NCBI GenBank assembly: GCA_963674945.2 | Contig: CAXXWQ010000002.1 | Span: 320,001 to 384,000 of the forward strand | Direction: 5' to 3' | DNA length: 64,000 bases | Source of the DNA: an uncultured Desulfosarcina sp. | Lineage (GTDB): Bacteria > Desulfobacterota > Desulfobacteria > Desulfobacterales > Desulfosarcinaceae | Shown here: piece by piece, positions 10,876-20,989 of the stretch | Numbering within the stretch: position 1 is the first letter of the stretch | Layout of the letters: each line of letters begins with the position of its first letter | Notes under the pieces: generated by a model | Seen by the model: the letters and a program-made list of their open reading frames with translations, nothing else | Database searches by the model: none | Told to the model about the DNA's origin: nothing | Program-made: the position numbers and the translations under genes

Positions 10876-11409
10876 ATGGAAAAAAATACAAATCCGGACA
10901 TGATCGTTGACTTTATTTCCGGTCATTCGGTCGCCAACGTCGGCGCCGAGGCCAATCGCCAGCAGGTGGAACGGTATCTGATCCAAGAAAAAGGGTATCT
11001 GCGCGAGGATGTGCAGGTGGATGCTCCCATTGATGTGGAAATCGATGGAGAAGTATATCGATCGGTGGTGGATTTGGTCGTTCGCATCGACGGCAGGCCG
11101 CTGATTGCATTTAAATGCGCTGCCGGCTCATTGGGTTCGAGAGAGCGGGAGATCGTTTCGGCGGCTCGGCTTTTCGCCGATACACCCATCCCTCTGGCCG
11201 TGGTTTCCGATGGGGTCGATGCAACGGTTTTGGAGGTGACGAAGGGGAAAAAAGTCGGGAACGGGCTGTCTGCCATTCCCGATCGTGCCCAAGCCGTCGA
11301 TCTGGCCCAAAAGGATCTGTTGCCACCCATCGCCCCCGACCGGCTGGAAAGGGAAAAATTGGTGTTCCGGTCCTACGATTCCATGAATGTCAACGTGCGG
11401 GGGCGATAA
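10876..11409 (+). CDS. HsdR N-terminal-domain-like (PD-(D/E)xK-fold) protein, orphan
   Basis: EANRQQVERYLIQEKGY...VDLVV...AFKC...AVVSDG pattern; no hsdM/hsdS nearby. Confidence 0.65.
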   Translation: MEKNTNPDMIVDFISGHSVANVGAEANRQQVERYLIQEKGYLREDVQVDAPIDVEIDGEVYRSVVDLVVRIDGRPLIAFKCAAGSLGSREREIVSAARLFADTPIPLAVVSDGVDATVLEVTKGKKVGNGLSAIPDRAQAVDLAQKDLLPPIAPDRLEREKLVFRSYDSMNVNVRGR

Positions 11410-11443
11410 GTGATGGGAAAGAAGGCGTTTCGCCTATCGCCTT

Positions 11444-11974
11444 CTATGTAAACTCATAGGCCTGCACGATCTTGTCCGTAAACCGCATCCAGGGACCGCG
11501 TCGCTGTGACGCGTACCGGCACAGTCGCCCCCACCATTGTTCCCCCGACAGCACCAGATGAACGGAGTAGTCCCGTTTGTCAACGATGCCGTCGATCTCA
11601 ATCTGTTCGATTCCGAATCGGCCATAATCCGGACCAAGCATCATGGCCGCGGCGATGACATCGATGCTGTGTTTCCGGGCCAGCACCGAGCCGTACAATT
11701 TGGCCAGGGCCACCGGCCGGCTGTCATAGCGAAGGCTTTTGGCAATGGCCCGTATCCGGTCGACGGTAAAATGGTGGAGTTGCACCGGGCAGCCGTAGTT
11801 TTTTTTCATGATGGACAACGGAGGGTTGTTGGTGACGGCAAGAAGATCGATATCCTTGGGGGGGTGGTCCACCGGGGCGCCGGTCTTCAGTCGTGCAAGG
11901 GAACCGAAGAGTACGAGCGCCTTGATGTGGTAATCCTTCATCTCTGCCGTGATTCGGTCCACGACAGAGATCAT
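11444..11974 (-). CDS. Nucleotidyltransferase-domain protein; start uncertain
   Basis: VLFGSLAR...DIDLL minimal NTase motif; the ORF-track start at 12100 overlaps the upstream gene. Confidence 0.6.
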   Translation of the reverse strand: MISVVDRITAEMKDYHIKALVLFGSLARLKTGAPVDHPPKDIDLLAVTNNPPLSIMKKNYGCPVQLHHFTVDRIRAIAKSLRYDSRPVALAKLYGSVLARKHSIDVIAAAMMLGPDYGRFGIEQIEIDGIVDKRDYSVHLVLSGEQWWGRLCRYASQRRGPWMRFTDKIVQAYEFT

Positions 11975-11999
11975 CGACGCCAGCTTCTTTTCATCGGTA

Positions 12000-12677
12000 T
12001 TAACAGCCGGCAACTTCTTTCCCACAATGCTTGCACACCTTGGCTCGCTTTTTAATGATTTCGGCGCAAAATGGGCACTCACGGGTATAGAATCGTTCAT
12101 GGATCTTGGTAACGGCCGAATTCACCTGTTCCTGGAGACGCTCATTGCCGAATTTCAGGTTTCGAATGGGTTCGATCGACTCCAATTCTCCGATGTCGCC
12201 AATCATCTCCGCCGCTTTCAGACGCACTCGCACCGGCTCCGCCGCATCCATGAGGAGCCGCAGTATGGTGACGCCATCTTTATTCACGTAGCAATCCGCA
12301 AGGATCGAAAATCCCTTTTTGATGTTCTGTTTCAACGCCTCCTGTTCGGCAAGGATCTTGTCGTCGATCATCTGGCCCTTTGCCCCGATCGGACTGAACA
12401 CGGGAATCAATTCGAACTGCCTGGTTCCGGGAAAGTTGATGCAACGATAGGAGGCGTGGTGGGCATAATTATCCATCATATTTTCCCACCCTTTGGTATA
12501 CAGGGGGCACTCGTCGTTGAAACACATGAACAAATAGGGGGTTCCCCATCCCAGTCCATCTCCAACGTTTATGGGCGGCACTTCCCAGATGTTCATTGCG
12601 GTGCCACAGTGGGGGCAGATCGGTTTTTCCATGCCCATTACCTTTTCCAACACTTCCTCTTTTGTTTCAAAAGCCAT
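12000..12677 (-). CDS. Zinc-ribbon and HEAT-like repeat protein
   Basis: CPHC...CFNDEC at the N terminus, VRLKAAEMIG, C-terminal CPFC...CKHC; GGAGG RBS. Confidence 0.7.
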   Translation of the reverse strand: MAFETKEEVLEKVMGMEKPICPHCGTAMNIWEVPPINVGDGLGWGTPYLFMCFNDECPLYTKGWENMMDNYAHHASYRCINFPGTRQFELIPVFSPIGAKGQMIDDKILAEQEALKQNIKKGFSILADCYVNKDGVTILRLLMDAAEPVRVRLKAAEMIGDIGELESIEPIRNLKFGNERLQEQVNSAVTKIHERFYTRECPFCAEIIKKRAKVCKHCGKEVAGC

Positions 12678-12968
12678 CCATATGCCTCCATGTTCTCGGT
12701 CGCTTACGAATCCGTGGAAATTTATGAAATACCCGACGGGCAGTCAGTTGCGTTAACCTAAGGCGTGCTTGTTGGTTGTCAACCACTGACAACTTCGAAA
12801 ACGCTTTTCCAGGCCAGGCACGGCCAGACAACCCTATCGTAAAGGGCTCATTTTTCCGTTTATTGCCGATGGTCAAAATGGAAAAAAGTCTTTTCTTGTT
12901 TCGTTCCCCCATAAATCCCATATCTGCGTTACGCTTCATCGGCTGTGGGAAAAAAGTGAAAAAAAGAT

Positions 12969-12996
12969 TAAAGTTACCAAAAGAGTCTGCCGATAC
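12969..12996 (+). promoter_or_regulatory. Putative sigma28 (FliA) promoter
   Basis: TAAAGTT...GCCGATAC with TAAA-N16-GCCGATA spacing, about 100 bp upstream of the 13098 ORF. Confidence 0.6.
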
Positions 12997-13097
12997 CACT
13001 TTCGGGTGACATAGGCTCCTTTGATCGATACGATGAAACATCGGTCAGCGGATTCACACTCGGTGACAAAGGATGAACGAACCGAAAGGAGGTGCTC

Positions 13098-13439
13098 ATG
13101 GAGATCAACACAACCAAACCTGTTGGTGATCCGACCCGAGGACCGGAAAAGACGCAATCAGTAGAACGAACCAGACGGGAAGAGCCGGAAACGAAAGATC
13201 AACCCTCAACACAGGAGACCTCACGAACACAGGAGACCCAGGGCGATCGAATCAGCCTGTCCAGGCAGGCCCTGGCGGAATTGAAGAGTGATCGATCCGT
13301 GGGGCAGTCCGGCGATGAAGTCGATCTATCCGAGGATGAGGCCAGTCGGATATCCCAGAAGGCTTCCGTCCAGCTGGCCCAAACCAATGCCTCCATCTCC
13401 AACAATGCCATTCAAAGGGCGATTGATCTGTTTACCTGA
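13098..13439 (+). CDS. Small low-complexity hypothetical protein, possibly in the flagellar regulon
   Basis: AGGAGG RBS; two D-x-[IV]-x-LS-x-x-A-like motifs (DRISLSRQA, DEVDLSEDEA). Confidence 0.65.
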   Translation: MEINTTKPVGDPTRGPEKTQSVERTRREEPETKDQPSTQETSRTQETQGDRISLSRQALAELKSDRSVGQSGDEVDLSEDEASRISQKASVQLAQTNASISNNAIQRAIDLFT

Positions 13440-13709
13440 TCTTGCTTACCGCCTGTTTTCGGTTCTTTTCCCCCCTTCGTTCCGATACTGACGGATGGCG
13501 TCCGTCGTCCTGCGTCCAGCCCATGGCCAGAATGATCCGTGGTCAGGGCGATGACATCGTGGCTGCCCAGCATCCTCCTGGGCATGGTGAAATCCAGCAT
13601 TTCCTTTCCTTTTGAAACGAATTTGGCTATTATTCACGACTTCGTTCGATTGTCAGGATAAAACAGGTTGTATGCCGACGCCACACATGATCAGATGATT
13701 GAAAATGAG

Positions 13710-14504
13710 ATGAAGATATTTGATAGTCACTGCCATCTGGATGATCCAATTTTCGAATCCGATTTTGCCGCTGTGCTGGACCGTGCCCATGAATCGAATG
13801 TTCACGGCATGGTGATCGCCGGGATTGACTACCATACATCGAAACGTGCCATAGCGCTGTCAAATCGTTACAAAGGCCTTTTCGCATCGGTTGGCGTTCA
13901 CCCCCATGATGCGCGATCCTGTTCGGAAAAGGTGTTGGATCGTCTAACTGCATTGGCCGATGATCCAAATGTGGTGGCTTGGGGAGAGACCGGACTGGAT
14001 TTCAATCGGATGCACTCTTGCAAAGAAGATCAGGAGCGATGGTTCATTCGGCAACTGGAGATTGCCGATGGACTGGAATTGCCGTTGATCCTGCATGAGC
14101 GGGACAGCGGAGGGCGACTATTGGAAATTTTACAATCCACGCCTGCTCGCCGTCGGGACGCCGTGGTCCATTGTTTCAGCGGTACCAAAACCGAATTGGA
14201 CAACTACCTGGACATGGGCTTTTATATCGGTATTACCGGGATCGTCACGATCAAGAAGAGAGGTGAGGCATTGCGGCGGATGATTCCGGACATCCCGTTA
14301 CATCGATTGCTGGTGGAGACGGATGCCCCCTACCTGACGCCAGCACCCCAAAAAAACAGGCATCGGCGGAACGAGCCGGCCTTCGTCCGCCAGGTGCTGC
14401 GGAAGGTGGCGCAGGTCCGCCATGAGGACCCCGAAGTGCTGGCCGAACAGATTTGGGATAATACGTGTCGGTTGTTTCGACTTCCAAATACAGGCTGTAG
14501 GTGA
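13710..14504 (+). CDS. tatD: TatD family DNase
   Basis: DSHCH, GVHPH, GETGLD, VHCF and ETDAPYL motifs. Confidence 0.93.
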   Translation: MKIFDSHCHLDDPIFESDFAAVLDRAHESNVHGMVIAGIDYHTSKRAIALSNRYKGLFASVGVHPHDARSCSEKVLDRLTALADDPNVVAWGETGLDFNRMHSCKEDQERWFIRQLEIADGLELPLILHERDSGGRLLEILQSTPARRRDAVVHCFSGTKTELDNYLDMGFYIGITGIVTIKKRGEALRRMIPDIPLHRLLVETDAPYLTPAPQKNRHRRNEPAFVRQVLRKVAQVRHEDPEVLAEQIWDNTCRLFRLPNTGCR

Positions 14505-14587
14505 ATAGGCTGTAGACGATAGGACAAAGACGCAACGCCTTCGACCCAACCACCTAACAGCCTAAATACCTATTATGGCCTGAATAC

Positions 14588-15781
14588 CTATTTTTCCGCC
14601 ATCAGATGCCGCACCGCCTTTTCCAATCCATCGATGGAAAGTTCGAACATGGGAAATATCTGTTGGATCATGACGGTGGTGCGGGTATAGGACCAATGGG
14701 AAGCAGACGCGGGATTGAGCCAGACGCTGTGGGGAAAGGTACTGACAAGCATTCGCAAACATTCGATACTGGGCCGTCCGCTTCGGTCCCGGACATGAAT
14801 GGAGCCGTCACGGGACATCAATTCGTAAGGCGCCATGCTGGCATCGCCGACAATAATCAACCGTGACTCCGGATCCATTCGGGCCATTTCGTTCATGGTC
14901 ACCGGCCGGCGATAGCGCGCCGGATCCTTCCAGATGGTCTCGTAAATGGTGTTGTGAAAATAAAGGGTTTTCACCTCTTTGAACTGCGCATTCGCATAGT
15001 CGAAAAGGGTCTGCACGACGGAAACGTATGGATCCATGGACCAGCCTCCGTTGTCGATGGCCAGAATGACCTTCAGGCGATCCTTCATGCGCCGATCGAA
15101 GGCGATCTCGATCTCTCCACCGTTTTTCATGGTGCGGTAAATCGTTTCTTCTATGTTCACCTGATCCTTGGGGCCTTCGGGCCTCATGTTTCTCAGTCGT
15201 TTCAGCGCTTCCCCCACCATGTCCTGGGTGAGGGGCCCGGAAAGAGCGTAGTTGCGGTAGCGACGATCCATGGCCACCTTGACGGCCGACATGTTTCGCG
15301 CTACGCCGAACACCCGCATGCCGCCCGGATGGTCGCCGTAGTTGCCCAAGGGCGATACCCCTGCCGTGCCGATCCACTTGTCTCCGCCGTCGTGACGACG
15401 ATCCTGTTCCTTCAATTTTTTCTTGAAGTATTCGATGAGTTCTTCCGGGGTCATCCGGGCCATCGCGCTTTCGTCCAGCCCCATGATCCTTGCCATCTCC
15501 TTGGGATCCTTCAACCACTGCTCCAGCAACGTCCGCGCCAGTTCATCGATCTGCAGCCCCTCCGTTTCGGGCAGTTCGACGCCGTGAAAATGGTTGGCGA
15601 ATACCTGATCGAAGATGTCGAAATAGCGTTCGCTTTTCACGAGGATCGCCCTGGACGCCGTGTAGAACTGATTCAGCGTGGAGATGAGCCCACTGGACAG
15701 GGCCCGGTGGAGGGTAAGAAACGCCGTCGGGCTGACGGGTATCCCCATCTCCTTTAACTTGTAGAAAAAGGCCAGAAACAT
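14588..15781 (-). CDS. VWA-domain (CoxE-like) partner of MoxR ATPase
   Basis: AIDNGGWSMDP MIDAS-like motif, YFHN, IVGDASMAPYEL, WLNP; directly downstream of moxR. Confidence 0.8.
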   Translation of the reverse strand: MFLAFFYKLKEMGIPVSPTAFLTLHRALSSGLISTLNQFYTASRAILVKSERYFDIFDQVFANHFHGVELPETEGLQIDELARTLLEQWLKDPKEMARIMGLDESAMARMTPEELIEYFKKKLKEQDRRHDGGDKWIGTAGVSPLGNYGDHPGGMRVFGVARNMSAVKVAMDRRYRNYALSGPLTQDMVGEALKRLRNMRPEGPKDQVNIEETIYRTMKNGGEIEIAFDRRMKDRLKVILAIDNGGWSMDPYVSVVQTLFDYANAQFKEVKTLYFHNTIYETIWKDPARYRRPVTMNEMARMDPESRLIIVGDASMAPYELMSRDGSIHVRDRSGRPSIECLRMLVSTFPHSVWLNPASASHWSYTRTTVMIQQIFPMFELSIDGLEKAVRHLMAEK

Positions 15782-15783
15782 GA

Positions 15784-16638
15784 TCAGAAATTCTTGCGGC
15801 GGGTTACGAAGCCATTGGCCCGTTCATAATCACCGCTTTTTTTGAACAATACGCCGAGAAAGGGAACGTCTCCCTTGTTCAATCGTTTCGGTTTGAAATC
15901 CGGATCGGCACTCAATGCACGGATCCAGTTGATCAGCTCCCGCGTGGCGGGACGCTTTTCGATGCCCTCTATGTCGCGCATGCGATAGAAGGTGGCGATG
16001 GCATTTTCCGCCAGTTCATCGTGAATGTCGGGAAAATGGACGCCGATGATTTTCCGCATGATCTTGGGGTCCGGGAAGGCGATATGGTGGAAGTTGCATC
16101 GCCCCAGAAAGGGATCGGAAAGGTCCTTTTTGGCGTTGGATGTGATGATGATCACCGGGCGGTTGCGGGCCGATATGGTCTTGTCGATTTCGATGATGTC
16201 GAACTCCATCTGGTCCAGCACGTCCAGCATATCGTCCTGAAAGTCGGTGTCCGCCTTGTCGATCTCGTCGATGAGCAGCACCGTTCTTTTTTCGGCCATG
16301 AATGCCTGGCCGATCTTTCCCATCTTGATGTATTCTTCGATGTTGCTCACGTCCCGCCTGCTGTCGCCGAAACGGCTGTCGTTCAGCCGCGTCAGGGTGT
16401 CGTACTGATACAGACCTTCCACCAGTTTCATACTGGATTTGACGTTAAGAACGATAAGGGGCATGTGCAGTCTCTCGGCGATGGCGTGGGCCAGCATGGT
16501 CTTGCCGGTGCCCGGTTCACCTTTGAGCAGAAGCGGCATTTCCAGGGCCATGGAGATGTTTACGATTTGGGCCAGTTCCTCGTCGAGGACATAACGTGTC
16601 GCGCCGGTAAAGACGGCATTGGGTTTGCTTGTGGACAT
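15784..16638 (-). CDS. MoxR family AAA+ ATPase
   Basis: Walker A GEPGTGKT, Walker B LLIDEIDKAD, IITSN. Confidence 0.92.
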   Translation of the reverse strand: MSTSKPNAVFTGATRYVLDEELAQIVNISMALEMPLLLKGEPGTGKTMLAHAIAERLHMPLIVLNVKSSMKLVEGLYQYDTLTRLNDSRFGDSRRDVSNIEEYIKMGKIGQAFMAEKRTVLLIDEIDKADTDFQDDMLDVLDQMEFDIIEIDKTISARNRPVIIITSNAKKDLSDPFLGRCNFHHIAFPDPKIMRKIIGVHFPDIHDELAENAIATFYRMRDIEGIEKRPATRELINWIRALSADPDFKPKRLNKGDVPFLGVLFKKSGDYERANGFVTRRKNF

Positions 16639-16695
16639 GAATACCTCTTTTTGTGGACCATAAAGTGTGATGAACTCGTAAAAAGTTGGATTTCG

Positions 16696-16819
16696 GACCG
16701 CTTCGTAAAAAGTTCGAGATCAAGGCTTGCGAATCCCGAGAAATGAGGCGTATTACCGATATGTCGCAGTGACGAGGGATGAAGCGTAACGCCGATATCG
16801 GACTTTTTACGAAGCGGTC
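16696..16819 (+). repeat. Dispersed hairpin element, family A, copy 1
   Basis: Perfect 18-bp terminal inverted repeat gaccgcttcgtaaaaagt/actttttacgaagcggtc; homologous to 51278-51402. Confidence 0.85.
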
Positions 16820-17885
16820 ACGTTTCACGAAGCCTGGCGGATAGATCCCGGGTAAGGGCCAGCACCCGCTTGGCCAGTTCCAGGGAAAGTGAGCCCATTC
16901 CGCAACTGGGCGTGATGAAGGATTGGTTCCGAATGGTTTCGGGCGCGATGCCAAGGGCTTCGACCTGCGCGAAGTGTTGTAACAACATGCCACGCAGAGA
17001 ATCCACGGTTTCTTTTTCTATGGCTTCTTGCTGCAATGTGGGAACGATACCCCAGGCGAGAAATCCACCGGCTGCCAGATAATCGCGGATTTGGGCGCCG
17101 TAGAGGATGAATCGGTCGAAATAGGCATAGGCGTCGAAGTTGACGATGTCCGCGCCTGATTCCAAAACCAGCGACCAGTCCGTATTGGCGCATACGTGAA
17201 TACCGGCCAGGCCGCCATCGGCATGGATGGCGGCGATGACCTCACGCAGCGATGCGAGGATCTCGTCCTTGGAAATGCTGATCATTTCCGACGAGCCGAA
17301 TCCTGCCAGGGCCGGTTCGTCCAAAAAGATAATTACCGGGCAACCCGGGCCGGACAAGGACTGGATTTGCCATCGGGCATTCAACGACAGGTGTTTGATC
17401 GCCGCATCACGAAGGGTGTCGTTGTAGAATATCGCGCGGCCGTCTTGATCCTTTGCACCGGTGCAAAAGGTGATGGGGCCGGTGACCTGACCCTTGACAG
17501 CCACCGGTGCATTGTCCATCCGACCCAAGGTGTCAACCAGCGCCGCGACCCCTTTTCCGGTTTCTTCGGTCAGGGCAAAACGGGAGCCGGCCAAGCGCTC
17601 GGGTGCCTCGGAGATCGTCATGTAATCTTCGAAAAATGCCAGCAGCTCTTCATCGAAGGATTCGGCGGCCGTATCGATGTAGCAGGTTCCATCCCGGTCT
17701 ACAACGGCCGGCATGCCCGGCATAAACTGTGGTACCATGCCCTCTTGCCGGAAAACCGGTAACTGCACCCATAATGGGATGTCCGGGGTATGGGCCATGA
17801 CCAATTGAGAGGCGGCGCCATGATCGTCCATTGGGAGGCTTCCGATAAGCAGTGGCCGGAATCCGGGCGTAAAATTTTCAGTCAT
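16818..17885 (-). CDS. Core MetE-like (catalytic domain only) methionine synthase family protein
   Basis: KGQVTGPITF, FLDEPAL, GIHVC, AWGIVPT and ITPSCG motifs; 355 aa, no N-terminal folate-binding half. Confidence 0.7.
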   Translation of the reverse strand: MTENFTPGFRPLLIGSLPMDDHGAASQLVMAHTPDIPLWVQLPVFRQEGMVPQFMPGMPAVVDRDGTCYIDTAAESFDEELLAFFEDYMTISEAPERLAGSRFALTEETGKGVAALVDTLGRMDNAPVAVKGQVTGPITFCTGAKDQDGRAIFYNDTLRDAAIKHLSLNARWQIQSLSGPGCPVIIFLDEPALAGFGSSEMISISKDEILASLREVIAAIHADGGLAGIHVCANTDWSLVLESGADIVNFDAYAYFDRFILYGAQIRDYLAAGGFLAWGIVPTLQQEAIEKETVDSLRGMLLQHFAQVEALGIAPETIRNQSFITPSCGMGSLSLELAKRVLALTRDLSARLRET

Positions 17886-18161
17886 AAATGTTTTTCCGTT
17901 TGTTTTTTTATCGTTGAACTTTTATAGAACTCGTTTATCAATACAAAGCAAAAGAGAAATTTTCAGGAATCCATCAATATTTAAAAGCATATTTTTTACC
18001 ATGGTTGGTCTTTTCGCACAAGGATTGATCGATGCTTTTCCAATGCCTGGATTGACACCCACAGGCCCCGGTGATAATATTTATTGCACGCCTTGCCGAC
18101 GATCCATCGATGAACACCGGCAAACATTGGCGAATTCGATCAGAACAATGTGGGATAGAGA

Positions 18162-18560
18162 ATGAACAACATCATCCCCCTCGATAAAAAGCGCAAGCTA
18201 TCCCGGGATAAACAGGATGCCATCGAACGAAAGCGAAAGCTTTTGGCCGTCAGACAGGTTTTCCGATGTACGCACTGTGTTTCCAAGTGTGAAAAATGCG
18301 GTATCCATATCGATTCTGCCAACAGGCCGGACGAAACGAAATGGCGGGTTCCCTATCATTTCTGCGACAACTGTTCGGAAGAGTACATCGATTACATTAA
18401 GGTCCTCCAAGGGAAAAAAAACGAGGCGCTTTACTGGCATAACGATAGTTGGATGAAGGTGTGGGCCACCTGGATCGAACATCAAGGTGCCATCGACAGT
18501 TACCTGAAATCCAAAGAGTTCGAGCGGTTGCTGGAAGAATTGAGATTTCATCCGAAATAA
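18162..18560 (+). CDS. Cys-rich hypothetical protein (putative metal binding)
   Basis: [11 protein letters not shown] and CDNC; coherent ORF. Confidence 0.65.
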   Translation: MNNIIPLDKKRKLSRDKQDAIERKRKLLAVRQVFRCTHCVSKCEKCGIHIDSANRPDETKWRVPYHFCDNCSEEYIDYIKVLQGKKNEALYWHNDSWMKVWATWIEHQGAIDSYLKSKEFERLLEELRFHPK

Positions 18561-18648
18561 GCCGAATCTTCATGTTCTTGCACCCCTTTGCGACGGTTCA
18601 ACAAATTCGAGCCCATCATTTTACACCGGTTCATCACAGGAGGAAAAA

Positions 18649-18831
18649 ATGTTTGGAATAGGCATGCCTGAGTTGATTATCATATTGGTCATTATTCTCA
18701 TCATTTTCGGCGTGGGAAAGTTGCCGGAGATTGGTGGCGGCATGGGAAAGGCGATCCGAAATTTCAAAGACGCATCAAACAAAACCGAATCCGAAGAACC
18801 CGAAAAGCTGGAAGACAACAACAAAGCCTAA
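18649..18831 (+). CDS. tatA: Twin-arginine translocase subunit TatA/E
   Basis: [49 protein letters not shown]. Confidence 0.95.
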   Translation: MFGIGMPELIIILVIILIIFGVGKLPEIGGGMGKAIRNFKDASNKTESEEPEKLEDNNKA

Positions 18832-18866
18832 AAAGCCACTTTATCATCGACGAATCCCCTCGTTTC

Positions 18867-18906
18867 ACGGGCCGGCAGAACAGACATGAATCTGCCGGCC
18901 CGTTTT
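18867..18906 (+). terminator. Rho-independent terminator after tatA
   Basis: 13-bp stem acgggccggcaga/tctgccggcccgt followed by a short T run. Confidence 0.65.
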
Positions 18907-19009
18907 CCGTTGTCGGGCGGCACCGAATCAAAAATACGAAAACCGGCTGTTCCCATCGGCAATTTGTTCATCTCCGGACATCGTCCCTGTCAAATTCTTA
19001 TTTTTTTTC

Positions 19010-19036
19010 TCAAGATTTCTTATTTTGATCCGAGAA
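19010..19036 (+). promoter_or_regulatory. Possible sigma28-like promoter upstream of the hydrogenase
   Basis: TCAAG-N14-TCCGAGAA (two mismatches to GCCGATAA). Confidence 0.3.
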
Positions 19037-19130
19037 AAACAGCATTCATTGATTGATGATTACCCCGAAAAGTTGATGTTCAACCATATTTTTGTCCGAA
19101 CGCACCGTTGGTGTCAGAAAAAGGAAAAAA

Positions 19131-20639
19131 ATGACTGTCCAGCTGCAGATCGATCCCATCACCCGCATCGAAGGCCACATGGCCGTCAACATTACCGTCG
19201 ATTCTCATCGTGTCATCGAAGCGCATAGCAAAGGCGAAATGTTTCGCGGGTTTGAAGTCATTTTAAAGGGCCGCGATCCCATGGATGCCCAGCAGATCAC
19301 CCAGCGGATCTGCGGCGTCTGCCCGGTGTCCCACGGTACCGCCTCCATTTTGGCCCAGGATGCCGCTTACGGCGTATTGCCGACGGAAAACGGCCGACTG
19401 CTTCGAAATCTGATTCTCGGCGCCAATTACATTCAATCCCACATCATTCATTTTTATCAGCTCAGCGCGTTGGACTACATCGATATTACGGCCATCTGTC
19501 AATACACTGGACGTGATCCGCTCCTGCAGGATCTCAAATCCTGGGTCGAATCCGGGCAAAAGGCCAATGTGCTATACCCGGCGGCGCCCTTTTTACCGCG
19601 CTACGACGGCGATTACATCCCTGACACCGAACTGAATCTATCGGCCATCCATCATTACCTGAAATCCCTTGAGATGCGCGCTTTGGCGCACCAGATGGGA
19701 GCGCTCTTTTCCGGTAAATTGCCCCACGCGGCCAGCCTTGTGCCCGGCGGCGTCACCGAAGTCGTGACCGCCCATAAAATTGCGGCCTGCAAAAGCATGC
19801 TGACAAAACTGCGGCAATTCATCGATTCCACCTATTTGCCCGACGTCCTGGCGGTCGCTTCCGCCTATCCGGAATATTTTGAAATCGGAAAGGGGCCGAA
19901 AAATTTGCTTTCCTATGGTGTCTTTTCCGAAAAGGATGCCACAACCTTTGTCCCGGACGGGGTATGGATGGACGACCGGCTCCACGGATTTGATAGGGAA
20001 AAGATCACCGAAGACGCCTCCCATGCCTTTTACCGGGCCAACCAACCGTTCGCCCCGGACGCGGGAGAGACACAACCGGCTCCGGACAAAAAGGGCGCCT
20101 ACTCCTGGGTCAAGGCACCGCGTTACGATGGACATGTGTTCGAGGTGGGACCACTGGCGCGCATGTGGATCGCATATAAAAAGCAGCCAAGTTCCGATAT
20201 CGGCATATGGATGGGCCGTCTTTTGGATCGACTGGATCGTGATCCGGCGGATCTGTTTTCCACCATGGGGCGTCACGCCACTCGGGCGTTGGAGTGCAAA
20301 CTCGTGGCCCAGCGCTGCGAACAATGGCTGTCCCAACTCAAACCGGGGGAATCTGCATGCAATGATTTTCGCATTCCCGAAACGGGTGTCGGGATCGGTC
20401 TCACGGAGGCCCCGCGGGGGGCGTTGGGACACTGGTTGAAGATAAAGAACCATAAGATTCACCGCTATCAGTGTGTGGTCCCCACCACCTGGAATTGTTC
20501 TCCCAGGGATGGAAAGGGTCAGCCCGGTGCCGTGGAGCAGGCATTGGTCGATACCCCCATCGGCGATGAGAAAAATCCCATTGAAGCGGTCCGGGTCGTT
20601 CGTTCTTTTGATCCGTGCCTGGCATGTGCCGTTCATTAA
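19131..20639 (+). CDS. [NiFe] hydrogenase large subunit, NiFeSe/group-1a-like, Cys-only, with no C-terminal extension
   Basis: DPITRIEGH, L1 motif RGFE...QRICGVC, L2 motif SFDPCLACAVH followed directly by TAA. Confidence 0.95.
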   Translation: MTVQLQIDPITRIEGHMAVNITVDSHRVIEAHSKGEMFRGFEVILKGRDPMDAQQITQRICGVCPVSHGTASILAQDAAYGVLPTENGRLLRNLILGANYIQSHIIHFYQLSALDYIDITAICQYTGRDPLLQDLKSWVESGQKANVLYPAAPFLPRYDGDYIPDTELNLSAIHHYLKSLEMRALAHQMGALFSGKLPHAASLVPGGVTEVVTAHKIAACKSMLTKLRQFIDSTYLPDVLAVASAYPEYFEIGKGPKNLLSYGVFSEKDATTFVPDGVWMDDRLHGFDREKITEDASHAFYRANQPFAPDAGETQPAPDKKGAYSWVKAPRYDGHVFEVGPLARMWIAYKKQPSSDIGIWMGRLLDRLDRDPADLFSTMGRHATRALECKLVAQRCEQWLSQLKPGESACNDFRIPETGVGIGLTEAPRGALGHWLKIKNHKIHRYQCVVPTTWNCSPRDGKGQPGAVEQALVDTPIGDEKNPIEAVRVVRSFDPCLACAVH

Positions 20640-20714
20640 GTAAATCTTTGTCCAGGGGTCTGGCTTTGGACTCCTCCTGAAAGGGTAGATGCACTGCGAA
20701 CACGGTAAACGTCA

Positions 20715-20901
20715 CAGGGGTCAGAAGCCAGTATTCAGGAGACAGAATGAATCTGAGTCGCTTCGCTCCGTCGATTGGATAATACGGTTCGAGCCGACCG
20801 AAGGCGAATACCTTATTCTCGTATCTGACTTCATTTTCCCGAAGTCAGGTTTTAGTTCAAACCGGTTGAAAGCCGGCGGCAGCGCTGAATTCTGACTCCA
20901 G
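20715..20901 (+). repeat. Dispersed hairpin element, family B, copy 1 (with internal insert)
   Basis: caggggtcagaa...ttctgactccag termini; matches the reverse complement of 23687-23811. Confidence 0.75.
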
Positions 20902-20989
20902 GATTCTTGTAAAAATCATACGGCAGAGCCAATGAAATTTGACTTGGTCCAGAGGGCCAGGTTTTCTACAACTCAATAAAAGGATTTCT

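Noticed and set aside
10876..11409. Type I restriction-modification system
   Set aside because: Only a short HsdR-N-like domain; no helicase, methylase or specificity subunit
20600..20660. Selenocysteine or read-through in the hydrogenase large subunit
   Set aside because: The relevant codon is TGC and the stop is TAA, not TGA
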